Of a DNA stretch of 48,263 nt, positions 18,164 to 27,370 are shown in pieces (positions within the stretch are counted from its first letter, which is position 1; each line of letters opens with the position of its first letter). The stretch comes from Candidatus Heimdallarchaeota archaeon (GTDB lineage Archaea; Asgardarchaeota; Heimdallarchaeia; Hodarchaeales; Hodarchaeaceae). Made by a program: the position numbers and the translations under genes. The notes below the pieces were generated by a model. The model saw only the letters and a program-made list of their open reading frames with translations, had not been told where the DNA came from and did not search any database. The stretch is taken from assembly GCA_011364965.1 (NCBI GenBank), contig RDOB01000012.1, forward strand, positions 1 through 48,263, read 5' to 3'.

Positions 18164-19645
18164 TCATTTCTGTTCTTCGTTAATTAATTTCGCTAGTTCA
18201 ATTTTCCTAGTCAAGATTTTCCCCTGATTATCTGAAATTGTCATAATGTACTCACTATCATCACCTAATCTGGGAAATTCGAAATCTAATGCCTCTGCTG
18301 GGAACCATTCGCGTACAGCTGTTTCCCAAGTATGAGATTCAAATAATTCCCCTGCTAACAATGTTATGCGAACTTGAATACGCTCTAACACTTTTCCGCT
18401 ACGATTAATGATAGTAGTTTGAATATAACGTTCATTTGGTAAGAGTTGGATATTCTGAACTCGGACTATCTGCTTTCTAATTACACCAACTTTTTCTTCA
18501 ACCAAAGTTTCTTTTTCAGGTATTGATGGCCTACCTACAGAGAGCTCTGAAGGCATTTGAAAAGCATAAGATCTTCTTCGATTGACCGTATACAATTGAA
18601 CTTTTTTCAAATTAGCTAATCTTAACACTGGTTTTAGATCTTTAATGGATATAGGTATAAGTTCTATGTAACCACTGTCTGCAGCGTCCTGTAAAATTTC
18701 TAATCCTAATCCTGTCCGCGCTAAAACAGTATTATATCCATCTGGCGCGCCTACAGATCCAACAGATATATCTGCATTTTCACTGGTGAAATCAACGCAG
18801 TAATGGCAGGAACTAGCCCGTAATCGATCCATATCATGAACTGAATGGCTGATGGTTTCACCTTCCTCCTGAATCATGTGGAATTTTCCTTTAGAAATTG
18901 TCATTTTGGAAATTTTTCCAATTGGAACTTTATCAACATCTTCTATAAAATCACGGAGTCTTTCATATGAAAATGCGTCCATACAGAAAAGACCGATCTT
19001 TAAAACAGAACTTCTCATGAAAAGCCGTACAAGACCATAGGGGGATTTTTGCATTTTATCAACAGCATCAATATTGCACGGACACCCCACAAAAGCAATT
19101 GAATGAAGGCCAGATTTAATCCCTTGTAATAATTTTCCTACTGCTTGAGATTGACTATAAATCGATCCAGATCCCTTAAGAACATCCTCGATTTTTGAAG
19201 TTAGAATGGGTTTAGGTTTCCAAGGATCCTCTTCGTCATGTGTAGTCAGAATAGCTCCGTCAACCATTTTCTCTTTTAATAAGTACACTAGTAAACTTGT
19301 TATTACACCTCCGTCCTGTCCCTTTACTTCTGGAAGAAGGGATTTTGCTCTAAAAGTATCAATAAAATTACCTAGAAGTTGAGGTACAGTCGTTTTTGTT
19401 TTAGGACATTGATGAACACACACTCCGCAGGCCGTACATTTTCCTACAAGTTGAGGGCGATCATTAACCATTTCTATAGCATTATCACTGCATGATGCTA
19501 CACAAGCGCCACAAGCACTGCATAAACCAGCATCAATCACCTCTTTTTTGAGCGTGGCAAATTTTACATCTTTTGAGTCTTTTAATCTGCGCTTCGATAA
19601 TCGGTAGCTTATTAATGAGGGAGTATCGTCATTGAGTTCAGCCAT
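18164..19645 (-). CDS. Coenzyme F420 hydrogenase/dehydrogenase beta-subunit (FrhB/FdhB/FpoF) family protein with 2x[4Fe-4S] and extra C-terminal domain X
   Basis: CSACGACVASC, CTACGVCVHQCP, QDGGVITSLL, VGCPC, IGLFC, CHYCVDFT..ADISVGSVG; about 100 extra C-terminal residues. Confidence 0.9.
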   Translation of the reverse strand: MAELNDDTPSLISYRLSKRRLKDSKDVKFATLKKEVIDAGLCSACGACVASCSDNAIEMVNDRPQLVGKCTACGVCVHQCPKTKTTVPQLLGNFIDTFRAKSLLPEVKGQDGGVITSLLVYLLKEKMVDGAILTTHDEEDPWKPKPILTSKIEDVLKGSGSIYSQSQAVGKLLQGIKSGLHSIAFVGCPCNIDAVDKMQKSPYGLVRLFMRSSVLKIGLFCMDAFSYERLRDFIEDVDKVPIGKISKMTISKGKFHMIQEEGETISHSVHDMDRLRASSCHYCVDFTSENADISVGSVGAPDGYNTVLARTGLGLEILQDAADSGYIELIPISIKDLKPVLRLANLKKVQLYTVNRRRSYAFQMPSELSVGRPSIPEKETLVEEKVGVIRKQIVRVQNIQLLPNERYIQTTIINRSGKVLERIQVRITLLAGELFESHTWETAVREWFPAEALDFEFPRLGDDSEYIMTISDNQGKILTRKIELAKLINEEQK

Positions 19646-19661
19646 ATCCTTTACCTCTGTG

Positions 19662-20081
19662 CTAATTTGATTTAGATAGTTTACGGGGTAATTCTAAGGT
19701 ATTAAAAGCAGCAATGATATCATAAGATGTTATAATTCCTGACAACTCTGCTGTTTCCTCATTGATAACTGGCAGTCTCTTAATCTTATGGATATGCATG
19801 AGCATTAATGCTTCTTTAATTAACTCTTCTTCCGAAACTGTGATCAATTCTCTTTCAACAATCTCCTTTGCTTTTACTTTACAAGGATTTTGACAGTCTA
19901 AAACAACTCGTTCAACAATATCTCTTTTAGTAATGATTCCTATTGGTTTTCCTTTTTCCATAACCAAAACTGATCCTATCTTATGATCAATGATCAGCTT
20001 TGCAGCCATCGCAATGTCATCATCGACATCTACAGAAATTATATTTGGAGTCATTACATCTTTTACTCTAGTCTCATTCAA
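19662..20081 (-). CDS. Stand-alone CBS-pair protein
   Basis: VKDVMTPNIISV, IGSVLV..GIITKRDI, IKRLPV..GIITSYDII. Confidence 0.92.
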   Translation of the reverse strand: MNETRVKDVMTPNIISVDVDDDIAMAAKLIIDHKIGSVLVMEKGKPIGIITKRDIVERVVLDCQNPCKVKAKEIVERELITVSEEELIKEALMLMHIHKIKRLPVINEETAELSGIITSYDIIAAFNTLELPRKLSKSN

Positions 20082-20091
20082 TTTATCCGAC

Positions 20092-21075
20092 TCAACCTAA
20101 TATTCTTCGAATTTTAATTGTTTCATGATCATCTTCGATCTTCAGAAAGTAAATAGTTCCTGGATCAGGCTTGGGTTTAAATTTAATCGATACCTGTTCC
20201 TCTGGTTCCCAAGTTTTAATTTTAAAAACCTCTAAATCATGTCCAAAAAACCCTTGAGATTCGTAAACTCTCAATAAAACATTATTTATTGGTTTTGAAT
20301 TAGTATTCTTCGCTGTGACTTCAATGTGCGAGTTATTATGCTTAATTTCAACTATTTTTACTCTCTTCGGTTTAATGCTCAAGTTTACCTCAGATTTTTT
20401 TACAGGAGTAGTATCTATTCTCGAAGAGGGGATAACAAATCTCCGTTTCTCTAATTTAGCCTCAGTTCCTCTACTCGCTTCAGATGATGAGTCTTCTTCT
20501 GAAAATCTGGGGAGAGTATAATTTAGTTTTTCTAAAGAAACTTTAGGAATAAGTGAGTCACATAAGGATTTTAGTTCATTTTCAACATGATCAGCAAACC
20601 TGTGAATTTCCTCTTCAATTGGCTCTTTTTCTTCAAGTAATAAACTTTTTTCCACTAAGTAACATAACTTCTCTCCCAGATTCCCTGTTATCCGTAATTT
20701 CAATTCATATAAGATTTCTTGAGCGATAAAGGAAACTCTTGATGGAGAACGAATGATTAATATAAAACGTTCCATCCTCCATTTGAGAGATTCCATTCCC
20801 GAGCGTTTCTTTGTCCTTCTGCTCTTGCATTGTAATAATGTTGCACTATAGTTAATTCCTTCCATTTCTAGATCCATATGATCAAATTTTTCAGTTTCAA
20901 TGAATTTATCTTGATGCCACCAGATTGGATGTATTTTTATAATCCGCTGTTCATCTTCATTTGCTGCCAAATCGGGTGGATAAGTGAATAATGGGACATG
21001 TCCTCGTTGTTCGTCATAGAAATATAAAAAGAAACCGTAAGAATTTCCTAATTGATTATTTTTCTGTTCACTCAT
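20092..21075 (-). CDS. Putative longin/uDENN-like protein with C-terminal domain X
   Basis: GFFLYFYDEQRGHVPLFTYP resembles the uDENN/NPR2-type first hairpin; C-terminus is similar to neighbouring genes. Confidence 0.6.
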   Translation of the reverse strand: MSEQKNNQLGNSYGFFLYFYDEQRGHVPLFTYPPDLAANEDEQRIIKIHPIWWHQDKFIETEKFDHMDLEMEGINYSATLLQCKSRRTKKRSGMESLKWRMERFILIIRSPSRVSFIAQEILYELKLRITGNLGEKLCYLVEKSLLLEEKEPIEEEIHRFADHVENELKSLCDSLIPKVSLEKLNYTLPRFSEEDSSSEASRGTEAKLEKRRFVIPSSRIDTTPVKKSEVNLSIKPKRVKIVEIKHNNSHIEVTAKNTNSKPINNVLLRVYESQGFFGHDLEVFKIKTWEPEEQVSIKFKPKPDPGTIYFLKIEDDHETIKIRRILG

Positions 21076-21182
21076 CCTAAATGTAATCCTAGTCCTTTGT
21101 TTAAATCAAACAAAGCTAATTTTTTATTTAATCTCATTTTTAATAAGATTACGACGTGAAATATATCTTAAGTACTAGTAAT

Positions 21183-22142
21183 TCAAGTGTTATTAATTTC
21201 AATCGATTTAATTGCAATAGTCGAATTTCGACTACTAATTTTTATTAAATAAGTCTCACTCTCAGATCCCTTATCAAATTCTAATATTAAATCTTCTTTC
21301 ATTGGCCAGTTATCGAGAGTTTCTTCCCAAATAGTTTCTCCAAAAAAAGCTGAGCTCTTAGAAACAACAATTTTCACATCAAATAGATCCTCATTTGGAT
21401 TTTCTAGCACTACTAGCAAATTTTGGGGGTTCTCATCGAGTTCGTGTACTCTTAATTTTATCCTGTCTTTAAAAAAATCTTTAGCACATACTCCAGCATC
21501 TGATGGAGCAAAATCAGTCACCGAACTAGGAATGATGGGTTTTACAGTAGTCTGGACTTTTTTCATTAAATTCTCTTTAAATATCTGCCATTCAGCTATC
21601 AGATTGCGTTCTATCTCTCGAATTTTAGGTTGAAGTTCTGTGAACGTTCTTTTCATAACTGGATTCGACTCGAGCTGTTTGCTTTTGTAAATTAGGGGAA
21701 AATCATGACAAAATTTTTCTTCTAATTGAGTTTTTAGGTTGTAAATGGCATCAGAATCAATGGGATTGTTATCCTTCCATAGTTTCAATACAATCCCATA
21801 CACAACGTCATTTAAGGCCGATTGTTCTTGCTGGAGAGAGAAATGCAATTGAAAAGCGGAATACACAAATTCGGAAAATTTCAGGTCAATACGGATAGGA
21901 ATATCATCTAATTTCCATATACAATGGGTTTTAAGGATGCTTACTTCATTTTGGTTCTCGCTAAGAGAGCTTGGAAAAGCGAATAGAACTTGGAGTCCTT
22001 TAATCGCGTCAAAAGAACATAGAAAAAAACCAATAACTCCTACATTGGAATCTAGGCTATTGTTTTTATGTTCCAATTGGAAATTTACATCAAAAAAAGG
22101 ATCGACATCCATCGTATTCCCTAACTTAAGGTGATTAGACAA
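21183..22142 (-). CDS. Putative longin/uDENN-like protein with C-terminal domain X, paralog of the previous gene (likely ATG at 22112)
   Basis: GFFLCSFDAIKGLQVLFAFP; shares K.H.IW and DL....YSA motifs with 20092..21075. Confidence 0.6.
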   Translation of the reverse strand: MSNHLKLGNTMDVDPFFDVNFQLEHKNNSLDSNVGVIGFFLCSFDAIKGLQVLFAFPSSLSENQNEVSILKTHCIWKLDDIPIRIDLKFSEFVYSAFQLHFSLQQEQSALNDVVYGIVLKLWKDNNPIDSDAIYNLKTQLEEKFCHDFPLIYKSKQLESNPVMKRTFTELQPKIREIERNLIAEWQIFKENLMKKVQTTVKPIIPSSVTDFAPSDAGVCAKDFFKDRIKLRVHELDENPQNLLVVLENPNEDLFDVKIVVSKSSAFFGETIWEETLDNWPMKEDLILEFDKGSESETYLIKISSRNSTIAIKSIEINNT

Positions 22143-22337
22143 TGATATTTATCTTATTTTAACCATTGAATGATACAAGTTCTAATTGAAATACAAATTA
22201 TATAATTTCTAAAACTTTCTCTTGTAAATAAGTAAAATCATCAACTTCCCCAATTTGCGAAAGCAAAAAAATTCATTAATTCCTTCATAAGTCCCCCTAA
22301 AACGGATTATATCCAACATCATAGAAATTTATTTCTG

Positions 22338-24191
22338 TTGGAGATAAATAACTTGACTGAAACTATTTGGGATGTCATTGTTGTTGGGGGAGGGCCTTCA
22401 GGCCTATCGTGTGCTATCCGTGCAGCAGAGATGGGATTACATGTCTTAGTTTTAGAAGCTCGGTCTGGTACAGAAACTGCAACAGCTGGAAGTATGTCTG
22501 TAGATGGATATCCAGGTTTCTTTAGTATTACTCGACAAGAATTGCTGGATAAGATGACTAAACAAGCGAAGTATCACGCTACTATAAAATATGCCGAGAA
22601 AGTGAGTAAACTTGAACTTAATGGTGATATTAAGCGGGTTACAACTCACGTCTCCCGAGGAGAGTTTTTTACAGAAGAAATCGTTTATCAAGGAAGAACT
22701 GTTCTAATCGCCACAGGATTCCTTCCTGGTAAATTAGGTGTCCCCGGGGAGAAAAAATACACCAATAAAGGGCTCTATTATTCAATTCCTTCAGCAGATA
22801 TAACAGATAAGAAAATTGCAATTATTGGTCATACATCTTGGACAGTACGAAATGTTCTCCATTGTGACGCGGGTGGAGCTGATGTAATTTTACTCACAAT
22901 CAAAGATAAAATAGAAGCGCATCCAGCTTTACTACGTAGGTTAAATGAAAGCTTTGTTAAGGTGATGTACAACCATGAAACAATAGCCTTTGAAGGCACT
23001 AGTCACTTAAAGAAGGTTATTGTCAGAAGAGTCAGTGATGGTGAAAGAATTCCTATTTCAGTTAATATGGCGATTATTGTTAGTAGTAAAAATCGTGATC
23101 GTGCGTTATTTTTAGATGCAGGGTTGGCAATTACTCCACAGGGAACCGTCATTGTGAATTCAGCTAATCAAGATACCAATATCCCTGGAGTATTTGCAGC
23201 TGGAAGCGCAACAAGAGGAGATTCCATCGTGGGAGTTAGTGCTGCTGAAGGTCAAAAAGCGGCCATGGAAATTTCTCGGTATATTAATATGCAAACTGAA
23301 GAGTTTAAGGATATAAATATACCTAGAAAGAAAGATTTTACTGTGGATCGATTTAAGGAGGGCCGTACTGTTATTCTTGAAAAAGAGGACTTATCTCCTG
23401 AAATAATTAAATGGGTGGTTAAAGCTCCACTTATTGCAAAAAAAGTTGAACCGGGACAATTTATAATACTCCGAATTACTACATATAGCGAAAGAATCCC
23501 ATTAACAGTTGCAGATTTTGATAGAGAGGCAGGGACAATCACTCTCATCTTTCAAAAAATTGGTAAGAGTACACGTGAAATGGGGCTTTTAAATGCTGGA
23601 GATCACATTTTAAACATGCTAGGACCGCTAGGCCAACCTGTGGAAATAAAAAAATGGGGTACAGTTGCAGTATTAGGAGGAGGATGTGGAGTGGCTCCAA
23701 TTTTGCCAAAAACAAAAGCTTTGAAAGATGCAGGTAATTATATCATAAGTATTATATCCGCTCGGTCTGGTCCTCTGCTAATATGCCGTGCTGACATGGA
23801 GGGCCCGAGTGATGAACTATATATTGCTACAGATGATGGAACTTTAGGATATCACGGTTTTGGCATAGATATATTAGAAAAACTTCTCAAAGAAGGCAGA
23901 AAAATAGACCATGTTGTCACCGTCGGTCCTATTCCTATGATGAGAGCGGTATCTGATCTTACGAAGAAATATAAAATACCTACTATTGTTAGTTTAGCCC
24001 CAATAATGATTGATGGTTCTGGAATGTGTGGAGCTTGTAGGGTTCGAGTGGGAAATGAAGTGAAGTTTGCTTGTGTTGATGGTCCGAATTTTGATGGTCA
24101 TCTAGTAGATTTCAAAGAACTTGCAACGCGTTCAAGAGCGTATTTATATGAGGAGAAGATCTCGTTGGAAAAAATGGCGCGAGATCGATAA
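22338..24191 (+). CDS. Fusion: thioredoxin-reductase-like FAD domain + NfnA/SudB (FAD/NAD-binding, [2Fe-2S]) subunit
   Basis: N-term DVIVVGGGPSG, LIATG, TNIPGVFAAG; C-term PGQFIILR..ERIPLT, GPLG, GGGCG, TDDG, VGPIPMM, DGSGMCGACRV..CVDGP. Confidence 0.9.
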   Translation: MEINNLTETIWDVIVVGGGPSGLSCAIRAAEMGLHVLVLEARSGTETATAGSMSVDGYPGFFSITRQELLDKMTKQAKYHATIKYAEKVSKLELNGDIKRVTTHVSRGEFFTEEIVYQGRTVLIATGFLPGKLGVPGEKKYTNKGLYYSIPSADITDKKIAIIGHTSWTVRNVLHCDAGGADVILLTIKDKIEAHPALLRRLNESFVKVMYNHETIAFEGTSHLKKVIVRRVSDGERIPISVNMAIIVSSKNRDRALFLDAGLAITPQGTVIVNSANQDTNIPGVFAAGSATRGDSIVGVSAAEGQKAAMEISRYINMQTEEFKDINIPRKKDFTVDRFKEGRTVILEKEDLSPEIIKWVVKAPLIAKKVEPGQFIILRITTYSERIPLTVADFDREAGTITLIFQKIGKSTREMGLLNAGDHILNMLGPLGQPVEIKKWGTVAVLGGGCGVAPILPKTKALKDAGNYIISIISARSGPLLICRADMEGPSDELYIATDDGTLGYHGFGIDILEKLLKEGRKIDHVVTVGPIPMMRAVSDLTKKYKIPTIVSLAPIMIDGSGMCGACRVRVGNEVKFACVDGPNFDGHLVDFKELATRSRAYLYEEKISLEKMARDR

Positions 24192-24194
24192 GAG

Positions 24195-25616
24195 GTGCTT
24201 AAGATGAGCGATAGCGATCGAAAAGCTAAATTGAAAAAAGAAAGAGTTCATATGGGAGTACAAGACCCTACAGAAAGAATTAGAAATTTTAATGAAGTGG
24301 CACTTGGATTAACCAAAGAACAAGCAATTTTCGAAGCATCTCGGTGTTTACAATGCAAAAAACCTCGTTGTATTATTGGCTGTCCCGTAAGTGTATCAAT
24401 AAAAGATTTTATTGCCCTATTGAAGGAAGGAGATGTTAATGGAGCAAAAGAAATTATTCTGAGTACAAATAGTTTACCTGCTATAACTGGAAGAGTATGT
24501 CCTCAAGAAAATCAATGTCAAGAATATTGTATTCATCCTAATGCGATTTCTATTGGTGCGTTGGAACGATATGTAGCAGATCATGGGGAACGCCCTATAA
24601 GTAAAAAATATGCAAGTTTAGGGACAAAAGTAGCCATTATTGGTTCAGGCCCTTCAGGTTTGACATGTGCTGCCGAACTAGCCATGAAAGGTCATGAAGT
24701 AATGATTTACGAGGCTTTACATGAATATGGTGGCGTTTTGACATATGGGATTCCTGAATTTAGGATGCCCAAGCAAATCGTAAATGAAGAGGTTGAATAT
24801 GTCAGAAGCTTAGGAGTTAAATTTGAGAAAGACATTCTTATTGGCAGAACAATAACCATAAATGAATTACTTACCGAATATAACTTTAATGCGATTTATG
24901 TTGCCTCAGGCGCGGGAGCTCCTAATTTCATGGGTATTCCAGGAGAAAGTTTAAATGGGGTGTTTTCTGCAAATGAATTTTTAACACGCGTGAATTTACT
25001 TAGAGGGGATGGTTTTCCAGACTTTGATACTCCAGTGACAGTAGGTGAAAAAGTTGCTGTTATAGGGGCAGGAAATGTAGCTATGGATTGTGCTCGGACT
25101 GCTCTTCGTTTAGGTGCAAGAGAAGTTGATATCATTTATCGCCGATCTGAAGGGGAAATTCCTGCGCGATTAGAGGAAATAATACATGCTAAAGAGGAGG
25201 GGGTTGTTTTAGGAGAACTTACTGCTCCACTAGAAATGCTGGGAAATCCTAAAGGTAATGTAGTCGGTTTAAAGTGTATAAAAATGACCTTAGGAGAAAA
25301 AGACGAATCAGGTCGGAGACGGCCTATTCCTGTTCCCAACTCCGAGTTTATTTTCCCTGTTGATACTGTAATTATTGCTATTGGGCAGCAACCTAATCAA
25401 TTAATAGCTCGTACCACGGCAGGTCTAGAAACAACTAAATGGGGAACTTTTGTACACGATCCTGAGACTGGAGCGACCTCTCGTGAGCGAATATTCTGTG
25501 GAGGTGATGTCGCTACGGGTGCAGCTACAGTTATCCTCGCAATGGAAGCAGGTAGGAAATCAGCAAAAGCTATTCACGAGATGATCTGTAAAAAAGACTT
25601 AAATTCTTCATCTTAG
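24195..25616 (+). CDS. sudA: NfnB/SudA large subunit (GltD-like NADPH-dependent flavo-iron-sulfur protein)
   Basis: EASRCLQC..CIIGCPV, GRVCPQENQC, GSGPSG, YGIPEFR, GAGNVAMD, YRR, GGD..TGAATVILAM; directly follows a SudB/NfnA domain. Confidence 0.88.
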   Translation: MLKMSDSDRKAKLKKERVHMGVQDPTERIRNFNEVALGLTKEQAIFEASRCLQCKKPRCIIGCPVSVSIKDFIALLKEGDVNGAKEIILSTNSLPAITGRVCPQENQCQEYCIHPNAISIGALERYVADHGERPISKKYASLGTKVAIIGSGPSGLTCAAELAMKGHEVMIYEALHEYGGVLTYGIPEFRMPKQIVNEEVEYVRSLGVKFEKDILIGRTITINELLTEYNFNAIYVASGAGAPNFMGIPGESLNGVFSANEFLTRVNLLRGDGFPDFDTPVTVGEKVAVIGAGNVAMDCARTALRLGAREVDIIYRRSEGEIPARLEEIIHAKEEGVVLGELTAPLEMLGNPKGNVVGLKCIKMTLGEKDESGRRRPIPVPNSEFIFPVDTVIIAIGQQPNQLIARTTAGLETTKWGTFVHDPETGATSRERIFCGGDVATGAATVILAMEAGRKSAKAIHEMICKKDLNSSS

Positions 25617-25907
25617 TAAGAAAAAGTTTTGATTTCCAACTCCAAGTGTTATTCTATCAATTATAGGTTTCTTTGAGAGAATTCATTACTCCATACTCCT
25701 GCAATCATTGTCCTTTTCTATTAAATATCTATTAAATTAGCACATGGTTGTATATGAAAAAAGAATCGAATTAAACTAATATTTGTGGATTAGTACTTTG
25801 ATTTAATAATCAATAATTATAAAGACGTCCGTTTACTTATTAAATTCATTCGTCCTATACTATGTGAATTCATGTCTTTACATTTGTCAAGAATAGGAGG
25901 TTGCGCG

Positions 25908-26414
25908 ATGAAAGATAAATTCGAAATTATACCCAAAAGGATTGCAAGAAGTCGAAAAATTCAGGTTCGGCAGTTTGAACCAGAAGAAATCTGGATAGAA
26001 TATGAACTAAATATAAAGGATCCATCATCAGCTTCCGAAGCTGTAAGAGAGGCAACAAACTTAGCAATAGAATATTTAGACGATGAGGAAAGAAAATTAA
26101 GAAGTTCTATTGGACCTGCCAAAGTATCAGTTAAAGAAAATAAGCCAATGCCTAAAGAAGAAGAAAAAAAAGAAGAATATACTATCCTAATAACAGATGA
26201 AGGGAAAAAATTAGGTAATTTCCTTATTAAACCCTCATCTGAGCCCCAATTCCTAAATTACGTACATTTATGGCTCGAAATTGATAAGAAAGAGAACTAT
26301 ATAGGCTATATGTTGAAAAATACAGGTGAGTTTAAGCTAGCAAAGAAAAATAAAGATTTCATTCTGAACAAAGGAATAGCAAAAGGAAAACATTTCAAAA
26401 TCATTGAAAAATAA
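25908..26414 (+). CDS. Hypothetical protein
   Basis: ATG at 25908 preceded by AGGAGG; two-domain appearance with a charged linker. Confidence 0.75.
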   Translation: MKDKFEIIPKRIARSRKIQVRQFEPEEIWIEYELNIKDPSSASEAVREATNLAIEYLDDEERKLRSSIGPAKVSVKENKPMPKEEEKKEEYTILITDEGKKLGNFLIKPSSEPQFLNYVHLWLEIDKKENYIGYMLKNTGEFKLAKKNKDFILNKGIAKGKHFKIIEK

Positions 26415-26465
26415 CTAAATCAGGAAAGGAAAAATGCACATTAAAAGGCTAAAAGGTGTGAAAAA

Positions 26466-27353
26466 ATGGATCGATTTTCAAGACATGCAGGAAGTTGGTA
26501 TGCAGGAACCAAAGCTTCATTAGAAAGCCAAATTCACGAGCTTTTCTTAAATAAATGGGGAGTAGGAAAGGACCCCTTGGAGTTCAAGAATGAAAGGACA
26601 CTTGAGGAAGACATTATAGGAATTGCATCTCCTCATGCAGGATATGCGTATAGCGGTCCAATTGCGTCTCATGGATATGCTCTTTTATACGATCAATTTG
26701 AAAAAATTGACAGTGCAATTGTTTTAGGCCCAAATCATAGCGGTTTTGGAGCTCCGATATCAATTTACCCCGAAGGAGCATGGAATAATCCTCTTGGGAG
26801 TATTTCAATCGATCAGGAGTTAGTTGCATTCGCAAAGTCATATTCGTTTGATAGATTACGAAATAAAATCGGATTTGAGACTTCTGCACATCTAAATGAG
26901 CATTCAATTGACATTCAACTTCCTTTTCTTCAGTATTTATACAAGGATACTTTTGAAATTTTACCAATCTGCCTAGGAGACCAATCATATAACACAACTG
27001 TTGCAGAATTATCTCAATTTCTATCTGAATTGTTGAAAGCATTTTCTGAGAGGAAAATTATAATTATAGCGAGTAGTGATCTATCCCATGAGCACAATTA
27101 TGACCTAGTTGTAAAAAATGATCAAACCATGCTATCTTATCTTGAAAAAGGAGATTTAAATGGAGCAGAACAGTACCGAAAACATGTTTCGATGACAATG
27201 TGTGGTTTTGGACCAGTTTTTACTCTGATTAGGACTGCAGCTACATTTGGAAAACCTATTGTAAAAGTGTTGAAATATGCTAATAGCTCTGATATCCACC
27301 CTGGTGGTGGTTACACAGTTGGTTATGCGAGTATAGCAGTAAGTGCTAATTAA
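26466..27353 (+). CDS. amrB: MEMO1 family protein (AmmeMemoRadiSam protein B)
   Basis: HAGSWY, PHAGYAYSG, GPNH, EHSIDIQLPFLQ, ASSDLSH, MCGFGP, VGYAS. Confidence 0.93.
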   Translation: MDRFSRHAGSWYAGTKASLESQIHELFLNKWGVGKDPLEFKNERTLEEDIIGIASPHAGYAYSGPIASHGYALLYDQFEKIDSAIVLGPNHSGFGAPISIYPEGAWNNPLGSISIDQELVAFAKSYSFDRLRNKIGFETSAHLNEHSIDIQLPFLQYLYKDTFEILPICLGDQSYNTTVAELSQFLSELLKAFSERKIIIIASSDLSHEHNYDLVVKNDQTMLSYLEKGDLNGAEQYRKHVSMTMCGFGPVFTLIRTAATFGKPIVKVLKYANSSDIHPGGGYTVGYASIAVSAN

Positions 27354-27370
27354 AAATTCGGGGCGTATTA

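Noticed and set aside
24195-25616. Glutamate synthase small subunit (gltD) call
   Set aside because: No large subunit nearby, and it directly follows an NfnA/SudB domain, which favours NfnB/SudA.
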